DNA of 64,000 bases from Octopus bimaculoides (taxonomy: Eukaryota): assembly GCF_001194135.2 (NCBI RefSeq), contig NC_068988.1:73282008-73346007 (forward strand). Reading direction: 5' to 3'. The stretch's first letter is position 1; every line of letters starts with the position of its first letter. Below the pieces are notes generated by a model. The model saw only the letters and a list, made by a program, of their open reading frames with translations. It made no database searches and had not been told where the DNA came from. The position numbers and the translations under genes were made by a program. Of the stretch, positions 24,721 to 37,879 are shown one piece after another.

Positions 24721-27700
24721 AATCAGCTATATATATATAGAATATTAACTTACATCCACAAACATGCAAATACATATTCATAGAAAAAAATGAAAAATTT
24801 TAACTATACAATAGTATAGTGTATGTATATTTGAGTGTGTGAATATTATTTTGATGAATAAAGTAATTGTCAATAAATACACAAACAATCAGTGGAACAC
24901 TGTTCATTTCATTGCTGTACTATACCTGTTTACTTGTATATTTGCTTGATATGATAACTAGATTGAAATTTTATTTGATAATAAACATTTTATTTACTAT
25001 TATTTTTGCTATTAAAATAATTTTCCAAACAAAACTTTTTTTTGTTAAATTAATCTTTTTTGTCTTTTTAAAAAGTGTCAAGAATATATATGATGATGAG
25101 TTGTTTTGATTAAGAGTTAATCTCACAGAAGACCAAGATAGTTGTGCTGTTGATACTATTTCATATCATTAATGATGTTAATTCTCTTGATATGAATGTT
25201 ATAAGATATCATTTCCTATTTCCCTAAATTAAGAAACTTATTCAAATGTAAACAGTTTTATGGTTGGAATGGTATTAACATCACAAATAGGTTTCATTTT
25301 TATTAAGATTCAGAAGGAATTGTGTTTATATATGATATATTTACTACGGAAGATCTCTGGTAAATTTTGACAAATCCTGGTGTTTCTACAGAAGTGAAAA
25401 TCCAAAGTGGATTCTCATAGCATTCTTTACTCTATAGGAGAAACTGAACTCACCATTTCAAGTTTATGAAATATCATTCTACAATGCTATTGCTATTTTT
25501 ACTGATAATCTGTGCCTCTTTGTAGCACATATTGCTACTGAAGTTGACTGGACCATGTCATGGTGACAAATTTCAAGACAACTGGTGACTCAAAAGATGG
25601 CAGTTTACATTCATTTAGAATGAAACCAGGGAAAACTATGTTGAAAGTGTTTCTGGTAGGCAAAGGATTAAAAGTTATAGTGGACTCTAGGGTAATGGAA
25701 AATGAAATTAATATTTCTTCTCTTCACAACTGAAGACTTTTGCCAGAAATATCGTCTTAAAGATATGAGCTATTGTATTAATGGTTGAATTTGTAACTGT
25801 TCAAAGTAAATTTTACATCATAATTTTAAACATTTTGAAAAATTTGAAAAAGTTTCCAATTTTCTGGAATTCTTTGAGCAACAACTAACAGTTTTTCATG
25901 TACAACTTCTCTTTGTATCATCATAGTTGTCATCATTTGTTATGTTGCTCTAATTATTCTACTCTTTGGGAGAATTTTCTAACTGTCCAGCAAGCAGAAT
26001 ATATTAAAAAAGTACCAAGGAATGATCTTTATGTCTATTTATGAATGTCACATCTTGAGGAGTAATTTATTTGCATCAATCATTGCTCTTCAAAAACTTA
26101 GGACAAGTGTCAAGAGCACTATTTCAAGGAACCTAAAGAAAATAGGACAAGAGCAATATATAAATGTCAAGAGCAATATATTGAAGAGTCTAAAAATTTA
26201 TTAATTATAGAGTGCTTCGCACATTTATACTGCATCCAGAGCCGGCCTTAGGAGGTGCAGGGCCCAATTTTTTCCCAGCCAATTTTCGTTTCTGTGGCAT
26301 CGTCTTGTATGAAGGGAAATATAAAGAAGTAACATGAAACAGTGTATGGGACTATAATTTGAAATCTGATATACATCACAATTATACTTGAAATAAATAT
26401 TGTTTATAAAAATATTTTTGTATTCAGTTTTCAGAAGGGGGCGAATAACACAATTATACTTGAAATGAATGAAACCTCGAAAATATGCCTAAATTTACAA
26501 AATATTGTATGGCAAAACATAACTGTTGTAGAGATAATAATGAATGAATAATTGAAAGTACAATAATTGAAGAGTCTTTCCACTGACATGCAATATTGAA
26601 GTGCAAAACTTACCTTTCATTTGTATGCTGCAATGGTCAATGCTGTTGTAAGTGTCAGAAATGTCATTCAGCTTTCTGTTTGTGTTTTGTTACTGTCGGT
26701 GATTTCGGTAAAATATCATTACTATTTATTTTTCTTTTTTGTTCTGATTGCTGGAGCAAATTGACATCATTGTACAGGAATTGTATTGATGGGGTTAAAA
26801 TAAACAGACACACACACTCTCTGTCTCTCTTTGTGTGTGTCTGTGTTTGTCCCTCTCTGTCTCTCATTCTGTGTTTGTCTCTCTCTGTCTCTCATTCTGT
26901 GTTTGTCTCTATTTTTATATTCATTTATTTTTTTGTCCTGGATGCTGTACCAAATTGACATTGTTGCAGAGGAAGTGTGTTGATGGGGTTAAAAGAAACA
27001 CGCACACACACACACACACTGTCTTTTCCCTCTCTTTCTGCCTGTCTATGTTTTTCTCTCTCTCTCTTTCTTTGTCTGTCTGTCTGTCTCAGAAATGGTT
27101 ATAGTAAGGATTAATCATTTGATGATTTCATTAATTACATATAAAATTCCTCAAACACAAAAAGAAAACATTTAATGTTGATGGATTTCATAGAATTCCT
27201 GTGAAGAATTAGTTGAATACGGAATAGACACTAGTTCTTGGAAGAATGAAGTGGTTATTCAGACTTGGGATTAGAAAGTATTGATTGCAGTCCACAGTTC
27301 ATAGAAAATATGTTGTCACTGATCATATTGATATCATCACAAATTTAAATGTATGATTTATTACAGTGAGTGATAAGAAAGAGAATATATTTAAATATGT
27401 AACAACAAACATTAGTCTTATTTTGTCAGAACTGCTAAAATTGTCAAAAATAGTGTTGATAACCAGAACAGAAGGATTATTAAGCAGAACATAACATATT
27501 TTCCACTAAGTTACTGTATTGTATTTCAAACATCAGGAACTTGATTCAGAAGTGAAAATTGTATGCAAACAGCAGTGCTGTTCTGTCATAACAAATATGC
27601 ATGTTAGTATTTTTTGATTTTGTGTTTGTCAGAAGCTGCAACAAAGTTTAAATGCAAACTAGTGTCATTATCATTTTAGAGATGTTCAGCAATAGCCTAG

Positions 27701-29276
27701 TAATTTTCTTCACACAATTTTTGTCATAACTCCAAGGTGAGAGGAGGATTCCGAGGGCCCACCCCATTCTGATTTCAGTGTCATAAATATCACATAAGAA
27801 TTTCAGAATAGAACATATTACAACCTATAAAACCAAATTCAATGTAAAGAGCATCAAAAATATAATTAGAATATTTATGTGATAAGGAAAAGACATTAAC
27901 TCCATGAGTCAAATTTTATTTCATTCTCATAAGCATCAGCAACAACACCACCTCAGTAAAACAAAGACCACCTTAGTAAAACAAAGACTTCACTGTATTT
28001 CACAAAGTAGTGATGAGAGAATCACTAATTATATGTTCAGTATTGTACATGAGTTGGCATAAAAGATTAGCATATTTAAAAACAATTTGCAAGATAATTA
28101 CTCAGAGACACTGCAGTAATTTATTTTTAAATATGCTAATTTTGATACCTATCTTTTTTCTTAACTCTATAATTGTTTCTAATTAGCTTTAATACAAAAG
28201 TTTAACTATTGTTTTTCATGTGGATGGCATCTCAATAACTGATCTCAGTAATTTATTTCATGTTAGCTAATCAAGTTTTATGATGGGCATTCACCTAATG
28301 TTGAAGTTACATGATATTACTGTTTTCTAACAGAATAACAGAAAGCAATGGGTTAGCTGGAATGACATGTGACTAATGATCAAATACACTGGGTGGTATT
28401 ACAGCTCACGTTGTGGTATTTTTATTGTAATTTACTTCCACTCTCAGCAATAGTCTATGTAAGGTTTGTAGAGGTTATTGTTGAAGCATTGAATGTAGGA
28501 ATTATTTATAGTTGCAACAACGATGCAGTATTCTTAAAATTTGCTATCTTGTAGGAGAGTTAATATATTGTTCAGAATTAAGTGAAAGAATATTTTATTG
28601 TCGAACTATATGTTTTAATTGTTAAAGCTGTTCTCTCTCTTACATACACACAACCACAAATACACACATGTGCCCACACACACACACACACACATACCCA
28701 CACACATTGTGAAGAAGTTCACAAAGTCACATACAAATATTTTATAAGTACACATTCAACTTCACTGTGTGAATAGATCCTGATGTTAAATCTCAGGGCT
28801 CTCTCCATAGAACATACTCAAGAATTAAAATGATTTTCCAAACAAACTTATTTTTGATTCACTGATCTTTGGTCTTGTGTTGCATTTTTAATCATTTCAA
28901 AATGAGTCAAAAATTTGGAAGTTGATGAGTTATTGCAATTACTTTCAACTGCCAGCAAAAGTATTCATATACAAATGAGTGAAAACTTTGCCTCTTACTT
29001 GTAGCAATTTTCATAACTAGATTGAATATTAGTATACATTCTTGATAAGACAGCAATATTCAATCAAAAATAAATTACCTGTTCTCAACCCATCTTAAGT
29101 AGAGAACCTTGAGGCTGAATGCATGTTTAGCAAACATACACATGTGAAATTTATCCATACATACACTGTCTCAATGCTTCAGATATTTAGTATGTATTTC
29201 TAACAGTCTGTCTGTCTGTCTATATGTATGTCTCTCTCTTATGCATGTATGTGTGTGTGTGTGTGTGTGTATGGTG

Positions 29277-29311
<35 letters not shown>

Positions 29312-29334
29312 CAGTGGAACAATAAAAGCATATC

Positions 29335-29780
29335 TGAGCATGATCTTTGCCAGAACCATGGATTGACTCCCATGCTGGTGATACGTGAAAAGCACCATTT
29401 GAGTGTGATTGTTGCCAGCATTGCATTACCGGCACATGTGCTGGTGGCATGTGAAAAACAACATTCAAGCGTGGTCGTTGCCAGTGCCACCGGACTGGCT
29501 CCCATGCAGGTAGCACGTAAAAACACCTTTTGAGCGTGGTCGCTGCCAGAACCACCTGACTGGCACTTGTGCTGGTGGCGTGTAAAAGCACCCACAACAC
29601 TCTCGGTGTAGTTGGTGTTAGGAAGGGCATCCAGCTGTAGAAACTTTGCCAGATCAGATTGAGCCTGGTGCAGCCTCTGGCTCACCAGTCCTCAATCAAA
29701 CTGTCCAACCCATGCCAGCATGGAAAGCGGACGTTAAACAATGATGATGATGATGATGATGATGATGTTGATGATGATAT
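29335..29780 (+). mobile_element. RTE 3' UTR fragment with four ~65-bp tandem units and (ATG)n tail
   Basis: TGCCAG unit starts at 29348, 29413, 29479 and 29544. Ends GGAAGGGCATCCAGC...CCCATGCCAGCATGGAAAGCGGACGTTAAACAATGATGATG. Confidence 0.85.
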
Positions 29781-29808
29781 ATATGTATATAGATAAATAG
29801 GTAGATAA

Positions 29809-29858
<50 letters not shown>

Positions 29859-29949
29859 CTTTGATACATTATAAGTGGAAGACTCCAATGACTAGTACTC
29901 AGAGCTACTTATTTCTGATCATCAGCTGGTAAACTGAGCCTGGTTTTCT

Positions 29950-30300
29950 TCAGAAATATCCACTGTCTGAATATTTTGGGGAATATGAAATGAAAGTTTG
30001 AAGAAAACATTTATCGCTGTTCTTCTGTTTGAAAATCTTTGTGAACAACACCATGCATCCTAACTTTGTACAATTTGTCACTTCAAATTGCTGTGATTGA
30101 TCCCCATTTGAAACAGCAAGAGGTTTCATATCCCGATACAATGCCATAATCACATTCAACATTTGTTCAGATAGAACTTTCCATAATGCTTCATGACATA
30201 CTATGTCAAAGGCTTTTGAGAGATCAACAAATACTACAGAGAGATCTTTTTCATATTCGTGTACCTTTTCCTGCACCTGCTGCAAGCTAAATATCATATC
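29950..30300 (-). mobile_element. RTE RT fragment
   Basis: Minus ORF QQVQEKVHEYEKDLSVVFVDLSKAFDIVCHEALWKVL...FEVTNCTKLGCM. Confidence 0.8.
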
Positions 30301-30599
30301 TGCTGTTCCACAGCCAGTCCTGAAATCACACTACTTACAGGATATACAGTATTCAGTAATTTGTTCTATTTATTCTATTTAAAATTTGTTCAAGTTAAAA
30401 TCATTCTTGAGAGGATTTTTTCAGCAACTGAAAGGAGTGAGATGTCATGATGGTTATCACATTCATGTTTGTTACCTTTCTGTTTATACAAATGCACTAT
30501 TGTAGCATCTAAGAATCATTGTGAGATTACTCTTGAGTTCTATATATCTATTAATATCTCAGTGAAATTTTAGTCTGGGCATTACCTCCACACTTGATG

Positions 30600-31260
30600 G
30601 TATTTGTATGTATGTATGTATGTATGTATGTATGTATGTATGTATGTGTGTGTGTATGTATGTATGTATGTATGTATGTTTGTATGTATGTCATTATTCA
30701 GTTTTATTTCAAGATTTCTTGCCTATAGAGAAAGAGCTGTTTTCTAACCTAGATCCAAGGCACCTACATTGGAATTTCAACAACATCAACACAGTATTTT
30801 TGTATGTGTGTATGTATGTATATGTGCAGATGTTTATGTTTTGTTTATGTATGTATTCTCATGCATACAGTTGTATGTCAGTTGTATGCTCATATATACT
30901 TTAATGATAAACTTCTGGAAAGTTTTACAGATTTTTAGTTCCAATGATGGATTGGATATGTAGTCTTCGAACCAGCTTTCTCTTTTCTGGTTTTGAGAGG
31001 CCTAATTTCTCAAGACTGGTACTTATCCAGTGTATTACATATAACAGTGCCTCAATAATTACAGGTATAAACCTGAACTCATAATCTGGATAGAGTAACT
31101 GTAGATTTCTCAATAGTTTAGCATAAGGTATTTTCATTATTGCTGATCTTTAGCTTAGTTAACATCCACTGGGCAGTTGATTTCCCCAACTGTACACAGT
31201 TTCTCTTCTCTATCCCAAATCACTATGTCAGGTCTATTATGTTTACATTTTATTGAGGTT
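30600..31260 (-). mobile_element. R4/Dong-like LINE 3' end with (CATA)n tail
   Basis: Minus ORF YAKLLRNLQLLYPDYEFRFIPVII...LEKLGLSKPEKRKL is nearly identical to the C-terminus of the element at 34175-35990. Confidence 0.85.
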
Positions 31261-32200
31261 TTCACTGGGACATTTCACAAGTACTCCTTATTATGAGTGG
31301 CTATGGCTTCTACCATACTGTGGGTTCTTATTGTGTGTGTGTGTGTGTGTGTGGAAGTATTGCCTTGAAAGGTTTAGTTGAACAAATTGACCTCAATATT
31401 TGTTTTTCTTATCCTGGTATTTATTCTATCAATATCTATTTGCCAACCATTAAGTTAGAGAGATATAAACAAACCAACACCAATTGTCAAGCAGTAGTCA
31501 TGGATAAACACAAACACAAAGACACACAAATGTAGATACACTCGTACATACACATGATAAGCTTCTTTCAGTTTCCACCTGCAAAATCCACTCACAAGGC
31601 TTTATTTGGCCCAGGGCTATAGTAGATGACATGCCTAAAGTGTCACATAGAGGGATTTTCATGTACTATGCCTACTGGCATCAGTGATCATGGAATCTTT
31701 GTGCTAAAGTCTGAAGATTCCTGTTTTTTCCTTAGGAAAGATACATCAATGGTTTTTACATTATCTTCTGTTGGTTTATTTACAGTTTGGTCTACTAGTG
31801 TCTTGTTCTCCCAAGCTTACTATTTAACCCTTAGGTAGAGGGACTAAATCACGTGACATTAAGGCATATTTACATACCAGTGGGACTGTGAAAAATGTCT
31901 AGGAGCCGTTCCTTCCCTGAGTCTTGTGTGCCTTTGCCACAGGACCATCTTCTATATGATCCATAACTGGGTTCTCCCTTGACAAGCACTATCATCCAAG
32001 GTTACAGTGTACCTAGGAATAGCAATGACTAAGGGATAACTTCATACTTTCCAAAACCTTTAGATTCTTGAATAGGAGCCTCACCACTCAGCATAGTTCT
32101 TTCAATTATTTTAGGTGTTTAAGCCATTATGACTAAGCACATATTTTTGCTCCACTCTTTATGATTGAAGTGATAGTTATTATTGTATGTATATGTACAT

Positions 32201-32391
<191 letters not shown>

Positions 32392-33773
32392 ATGTATATA
32401 CATATATATGTGTGTGTGTGTGTATACATGTGTGTGTGTGTGTGTGTGTGTGTGAATATATATCTGTGGTATATACCTTTAATCACGCCTGCATAGTCAT
32501 TCATCTTGCCAGAAATAGCTACTAAATCTTCCTCAAATAACACCTTTTTTTAAAATTGGGTCTGACAGTGGATAACAGTCCTGATTAAAAAAAGAGTGGA
32601 TAATTATGACTGGAATGTCTTTGGGACATGTGTGATATGATTAGAATGAATTGCAATAAATAAGCATATGAAAGCATATTTTCCGTAAGAGATAAGATGC
32701 TTCTCTTTAATTGGAAGCCCTTCTCTCATTTTAAATAAAAGTAATACTTTGTAGATATTTATCATATATCACATATATCAATGAGTCAACATTCTTTATT
32801 GAATAATAAAATAAGCCCAAATTTTTTTTTATAAACATTATGCATTTCTATAGAAAATTTCCTTTTGTGAGAAACATTTCTCTTTGTGCCTTGTTCTCTC
32901 ATCTGTGTCAAATTTTTATATAAAGCAAAACCTTTTGTCAGTGCTCTATTACAAAATCGAGGTTAGTACTTCAAGTTTTTCTTTTTATGTCAAACCATTT
33001 GTTCAACTCTACTTATTTGGTGTGAGATGTCTTTATAGACCTACCATCCATCACTTCTGCCATGACTATATCAGGGATTTCTCAGTGAACCAAGACTTTG
33101 ATTTGGTTGTGAATTCTAGATTTTCAATTGATTTCTAGAAAACCCCAAATTTCATATTATATGTTTTATTGTAACCAATAAATATTTAGCATAACAGAAA
33201 GAAATTGTAGTAAAGTTCTTTTAATACCATGAGGAATTGACTCATTGACTCAGTTTTGCTTCTAAGTTGAAACCACTTCACCTTTTTCTTTAATGGTAAA
33301 ACTTGGTAAAACTGTTTGCTAAATTCTTGCATGAAGAATTTTCTCAATTATATTTACGAAATATTTATTCCTATCACTAATATTATTATCAACACCTTTT
33401 GAATTTAAGTTTGATTTTGAAGGTTAAGCACTTTTGGCTCACACAGTAATTTACTCATCTATGTGTGTAATTTATACAGTAATTTACTCATATATGTAAT
33501 TTACTCATATATTCTCATCATTCATGCAGCCACCACACCAAGCTGGATGTGGCTATAACCACTCCAACCTTGCAGCAACTATTTTGTTTTAAAATTCATC
33601 AAGAATTTGTTTTTTGCTCAAAGTCTTGATTTTGCACATACACCTCTCCAGTTCATGACTCTCGATTTTTCTGTTAAAACTCAGTGCTTGCCTTTATGGA
33701 GTTTCATTTACATCTTTAACATTATTCAAGTTGGCCAACTGATCCAGTCTTACCTGTTGGGTGTGCACACACT

Positions 33774-33819
<46 letters not shown>

Positions 33820-33944
33820 TACAGACACACACATTTGCATGTGTGAATGCATGCATATGAGTTGTATATATACACACATGCATAGATATACATGCATGCA
33901 CATATACAGGTGCAGGTGTAGTTGTATGAATAGGTACAGATTGG

Positions 33945-34100
33945 CTATATGGTTAAGAAGTTTGCTTCCTAACCATATATTTTCTGGTTCAGTCTCACTG
34001 CATGGCACTGTGGGCGCGTATTTTCTTCTATAGCCCCAAACCAACCAAAGCCTTGTGTGTAAATTTGGTAGATGGAAACTGAAAGAAGTCCACTGTACAT
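33945..34100 (+). mobile_element. Abundant SINE, head + CORE-like part
   Basis: GGCTATATGGTTAAGAAGTTTGCTTCCTAACC...GGTTCAGTCTCACTGCATGGCAC...GATGGAAACTGAAAGAAG. Confidence 0.85.
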
Positions 34101-34174
34101 ATGTACGTACGTACGTACGTACATACGTACATACATACATACATACATACATACATACATACATACATACATAA

Positions 34175-35990
34175 GAAAGCCTTTGACTCTGTTCCCCACT
34201 CATGGATGCTAGACGTTCTTCAACTTGCTAAAGTTTCAGTGAGAATAGTCAAAGCCATAGCTGACCTGACCTCATTGTAGGCCACCATTTTGAAATTAAA
34301 CATAGAATGACTATATTATCACCAATAGAATACAGTATCACAAAGGTATATTCCAAGGAGACAGCCTCTCAGTGATGTTGTTTATATTTTCTATAAACCC
34401 CTTTTCATTCATGTTAAGGAAGTCTGAAGGATATCTCACTGGTTCTCAAGGAAACAGAAATACCAAAATTACACAGTTTCTTTGTGGATAACTTAAAACA
34501 TTATGCAAAGAATATGCATGAGATGAAAAAGAGCCTTGACCTAGTTACAACATACTCAAACGATTGGTCTGGATAAATGTTATATGGTTGTGAAAAGGGG
34601 GAAAACTATAAACCAGACTAGTAACATCCCCATCAATGATTTGACTGTTTCCCCTGTATCTGATGAGGAATGTTACAGGTATCTAGGGGTGGATGAAAGT
34701 ATATTTAACAGTGGCACCTGTAACAAAACACATGTCACTAAAGAATATTACAGCCAAATAAAGAAAATTTGGACCTCAGAACTCTCTGCATTCAATAAAA
34801 CAGTGGCCCACAATGTGTTTGCAGTGCCAGTACTCATACCAACATTTGGGCTGCTTGATTAGACACTTGATGAGATTCGAGCCATTGATGTGAAAACTCG
34901 AAAAATACTAACAAGCACACATAATTTCCAAATAAACAGTGACATAGACTGCCTCTACCTAAAATGAAAACAAGGCAGCAGAAGCTTAACATTGATCCAA
35001 AATACCTTTGAATATCGCATCATATCCTTTCGGCAACATCTTTTAACCACCAAGTGTTGAAGTGCATACCTTGACCAAGTTTGCATACATGAGGCTGATA
35101 ACATCTTGAGCAGCACTCTTTGTCTGATAACCTAGAATACATGCCCAAAGAAGTCACACGGCTCTCCATGATGATAGTAACATCGCTCATCAAAGCAGTT
35201 TATTATGGACCAATAGCCAGATTACCACCTCCCACTTTGAAGGGTATGCATTTGCAATCCAGGAACAGGAAATATCTACCAAGTGCCTGATGCACAAAAG
35301 AGATAGAGACGCAGAAAAAGCCGTAAAATGTGAGAACCAATGCAGACTTTGGAGTTCACACTGAAGATATCACCCACATTATAAGTAGCTGTCTCACAGT
35401 ATTATCTACTGATGAGACATGATAATGTAACTGGGACACTCTATAATGAAATCCGTCGGAAGGATAATCCCAAAGACAAAGAAATAAGGACCCACAATAT
35501 GGTAGAAGCCATAGCCACTCGTAATAAAAAAGAATACTGGAGGAATGTACCAGTGAAGACCTCAATAAAATGTAAGTACAACATACTTGATATAGTGGTT
35601 TGAGATAAAGAAGAGAAACTGTGCACAATTGTGGAAATTAGCTGCCCAGCAGATGTTAACAAAGCTGAAGATCAGTGAAAAAGAGAACACCTATGCTGAA
35701 CTATTGAGAAATCTGCAGTTACTCTATCCAGATTACAAGTTCAGGTTTATACCTGTAATTATCGGGGCCCTGGGATATGTATCACACTGCCTAAATACCA
35801 ATCTTGAGAAATTAGGCTTCTCAAAACCAAAAAGAAGAAAGCTAATTTGAAGACTAAAGATTCAATCCTTCACTGGAACTGTAAAAATCTGTAAAACTTT
35901 CCAGAAGTTTATCATTTAAATATATATGAGCATGTCTAGATATGCAACTATGTGCATTACAATACATACACAAAACATACAAATCTGCAC
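34175..35990 (+). mobile_element. 5'-truncated R4/Dong-like LINE (RT + CCHC + restriction-like endonuclease), degraded
   Basis: KKAFDSVPHSWML, IFQGDSLS, YRYLGVDE, ELSAFNK..AHNVFAVPVL, DVKTRKILT, AIQEQEIST, CRL...HIISSC, RHDNV, DIVV, VEISCP, IPVIIGALG: the motif order of REL-type non-LTR elements. Confidence 0.88.
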
Positions 35991-36032
35991 ATACATACAT
36001 ACATACATACATACATACATACATACATACAT

Positions 36033-37600
36033 ACTGCATCCTGTCCCCTCCTTTTCCACCCATCCACTCTACTCCTTCGTCGGAGGATTCTACGGGCCTT
36101 CCGTTGTCTCCAACTCGATGCCACCACCTGCCCCATTTTCCCCAACCCACCCTTGTCCTTTAAACGCGCCCGGAACCTATGCGATCTTCTGGTCTGTAGC
36201 ATCTTCTCCTCTCTCCCCTCCCAGCTCCACCTGGATCCTTCCCGTGTCCAGATCCTTCTGCAACACCTGCCCCTTCATCACCAACACTACTTCTCCCACT
36301 GGTTCTAATCAGCAAATTCTTTGCATAACAAATTCCTTCTCTTGCACCTCTTCTCGCCTCATATACTGTATTAGATGCAGCTTCTGTGCTAAACTATATG
36401 TAGGTCAGACGGGCCACCGACTGGCCAACCGGTTCACCAAACATCTAATGTTCGGCTACATTCGAACACACCCGTTGCCTGTCACTTCAGCTTGACCAAC
36501 CACTCCCCTTCTAACATCTCTGTCTTTGGCCTCGCTCTGTACCACGGATCCACACATTCACGACTCTGCCTGGAACAGCGGTATATCTTTAATCTACGAA
36601 CAACTATCCCCTCGGACTAAACACAACCCCCTCCTCCTATTGAGTGCCTCTACACCTCCTGCAACAAAGCAACCTCATTTCTTTTTAATTTATTGTTTCC
36701 AATTGTGCCATTTTATATTGCATTAACTTCTTCTTGATCTCCGTTCAACCCTATTTTTTATAATTTATTGTTTTATTTCTATATACACGCACATATACAC
36801 ACACATACGTACCTATCCACACACACGAAAATACACACGCATCCGTGTACACACATGAACGCACATACACCTCCCACACACACCACACACATACTTCCAC
36901 ACACACACACACATGCACACACACACACACGCACACACACACGCATACACACACACACACATATGCGCGTACACGCACACACGTGCACAAACGCACACAC
37001 ACACACACACACATACACACACACACTGCAAACAAAACACACACATAACATATACATATACGCACACAGACATACTTCAAACTACCAGTACCTTTCTACT
37101 GCCCATTCTCCTACGACATGTGTAGGTAGACACACAACAGGCAGTCACTCCTGCCAAAATTCTTACTATAAATTCTTCCTATGACCTTAAACGATACTAA
37201 GTCCAACCACACACATACATAAACAGCCACCCACACACACACAAACACATATACATACACGTACTATCATTACACACACACACACACACACACAGATCTG
37301 CGCGCACACACATACCCACACATACACACATATACCTCCTTCTCTTGCACTTTCCTGTCTTTGAAAGAACTTTTTATTCACTCATTCTCTTCTGGTCATT
37401 TCTACATGTGCCCGTGTGTGTATCGTTGGCGATTTTCTTTCACTGTCTTCCCTTCTTTGGACTTTTTCTATATTTCTGATGAAGAGTTCCACTCGAAACA
37501 TGAAATCCTCTTTCTTTTCTTTCCTTTCCTGAGCGTCCAATAACACTGTACTTATTCCCCGTTCTCGCGTTGTTGTTTTTTCTTGCTTGTTCATGTTTGG
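36033..37600 (+). mobile_element. Penelope-like element 3' part: GIY-YIG endonuclease and 3' UTR/pLTR
   Basis: PPLSFKRARNLCDLLV; CNTCPFI...FSCTSSRLIYCIRCSFCAKLYVGQTGHRLANRFTKHL (GIY-YIG with Cys linker). A hammerhead-like motif lies at 37476. Confidence 0.85.
37476..37507 (+). ncRNA. Minimal hammerhead-ribozyme-like motif (probably inactive)
   Basis: ATTT-CTGATGA-A-GAG-TTCCA-CTC-GAAAC-ATG-AAAT: core boxes, 3-bp stem II and short stem I are present. The cleavage triplet reads AUG rather than NUH. Confidence 0.55.
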
Positions 37601-37620
37601 ATTGACTATATATATATATA

Positions 37621-37658
<38 letters not shown>

Positions 37659-37879
37659 CATTTATATATATATAATATATATGTATATATTATATATATA
37701 TAATATATATGTATATATTATATATATATATTATATTTATATATGTATACATTATATACATATATTATATATATATTATATATATAATATATATATATTA
37801 TATATATTAATAATAATATGACAACAAAAGTATGAATGAGACCTTGATATTATGTAAATAGAGGAATTTATCTATAATA

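Noticed and set aside
26232-26470. CAGAGCCGGCCTTAGG resembling a hAT terminus
   Set aside because: No matching opposite end or 8-bp TSD found.
29348-29600. Regularly spaced ~65-bp repeats and the 25-bp array at 57489 as CRISPR-like
   Set aside because: Eukaryotic context, whole units are homologous with no unique spacers, and no cas genes are present.
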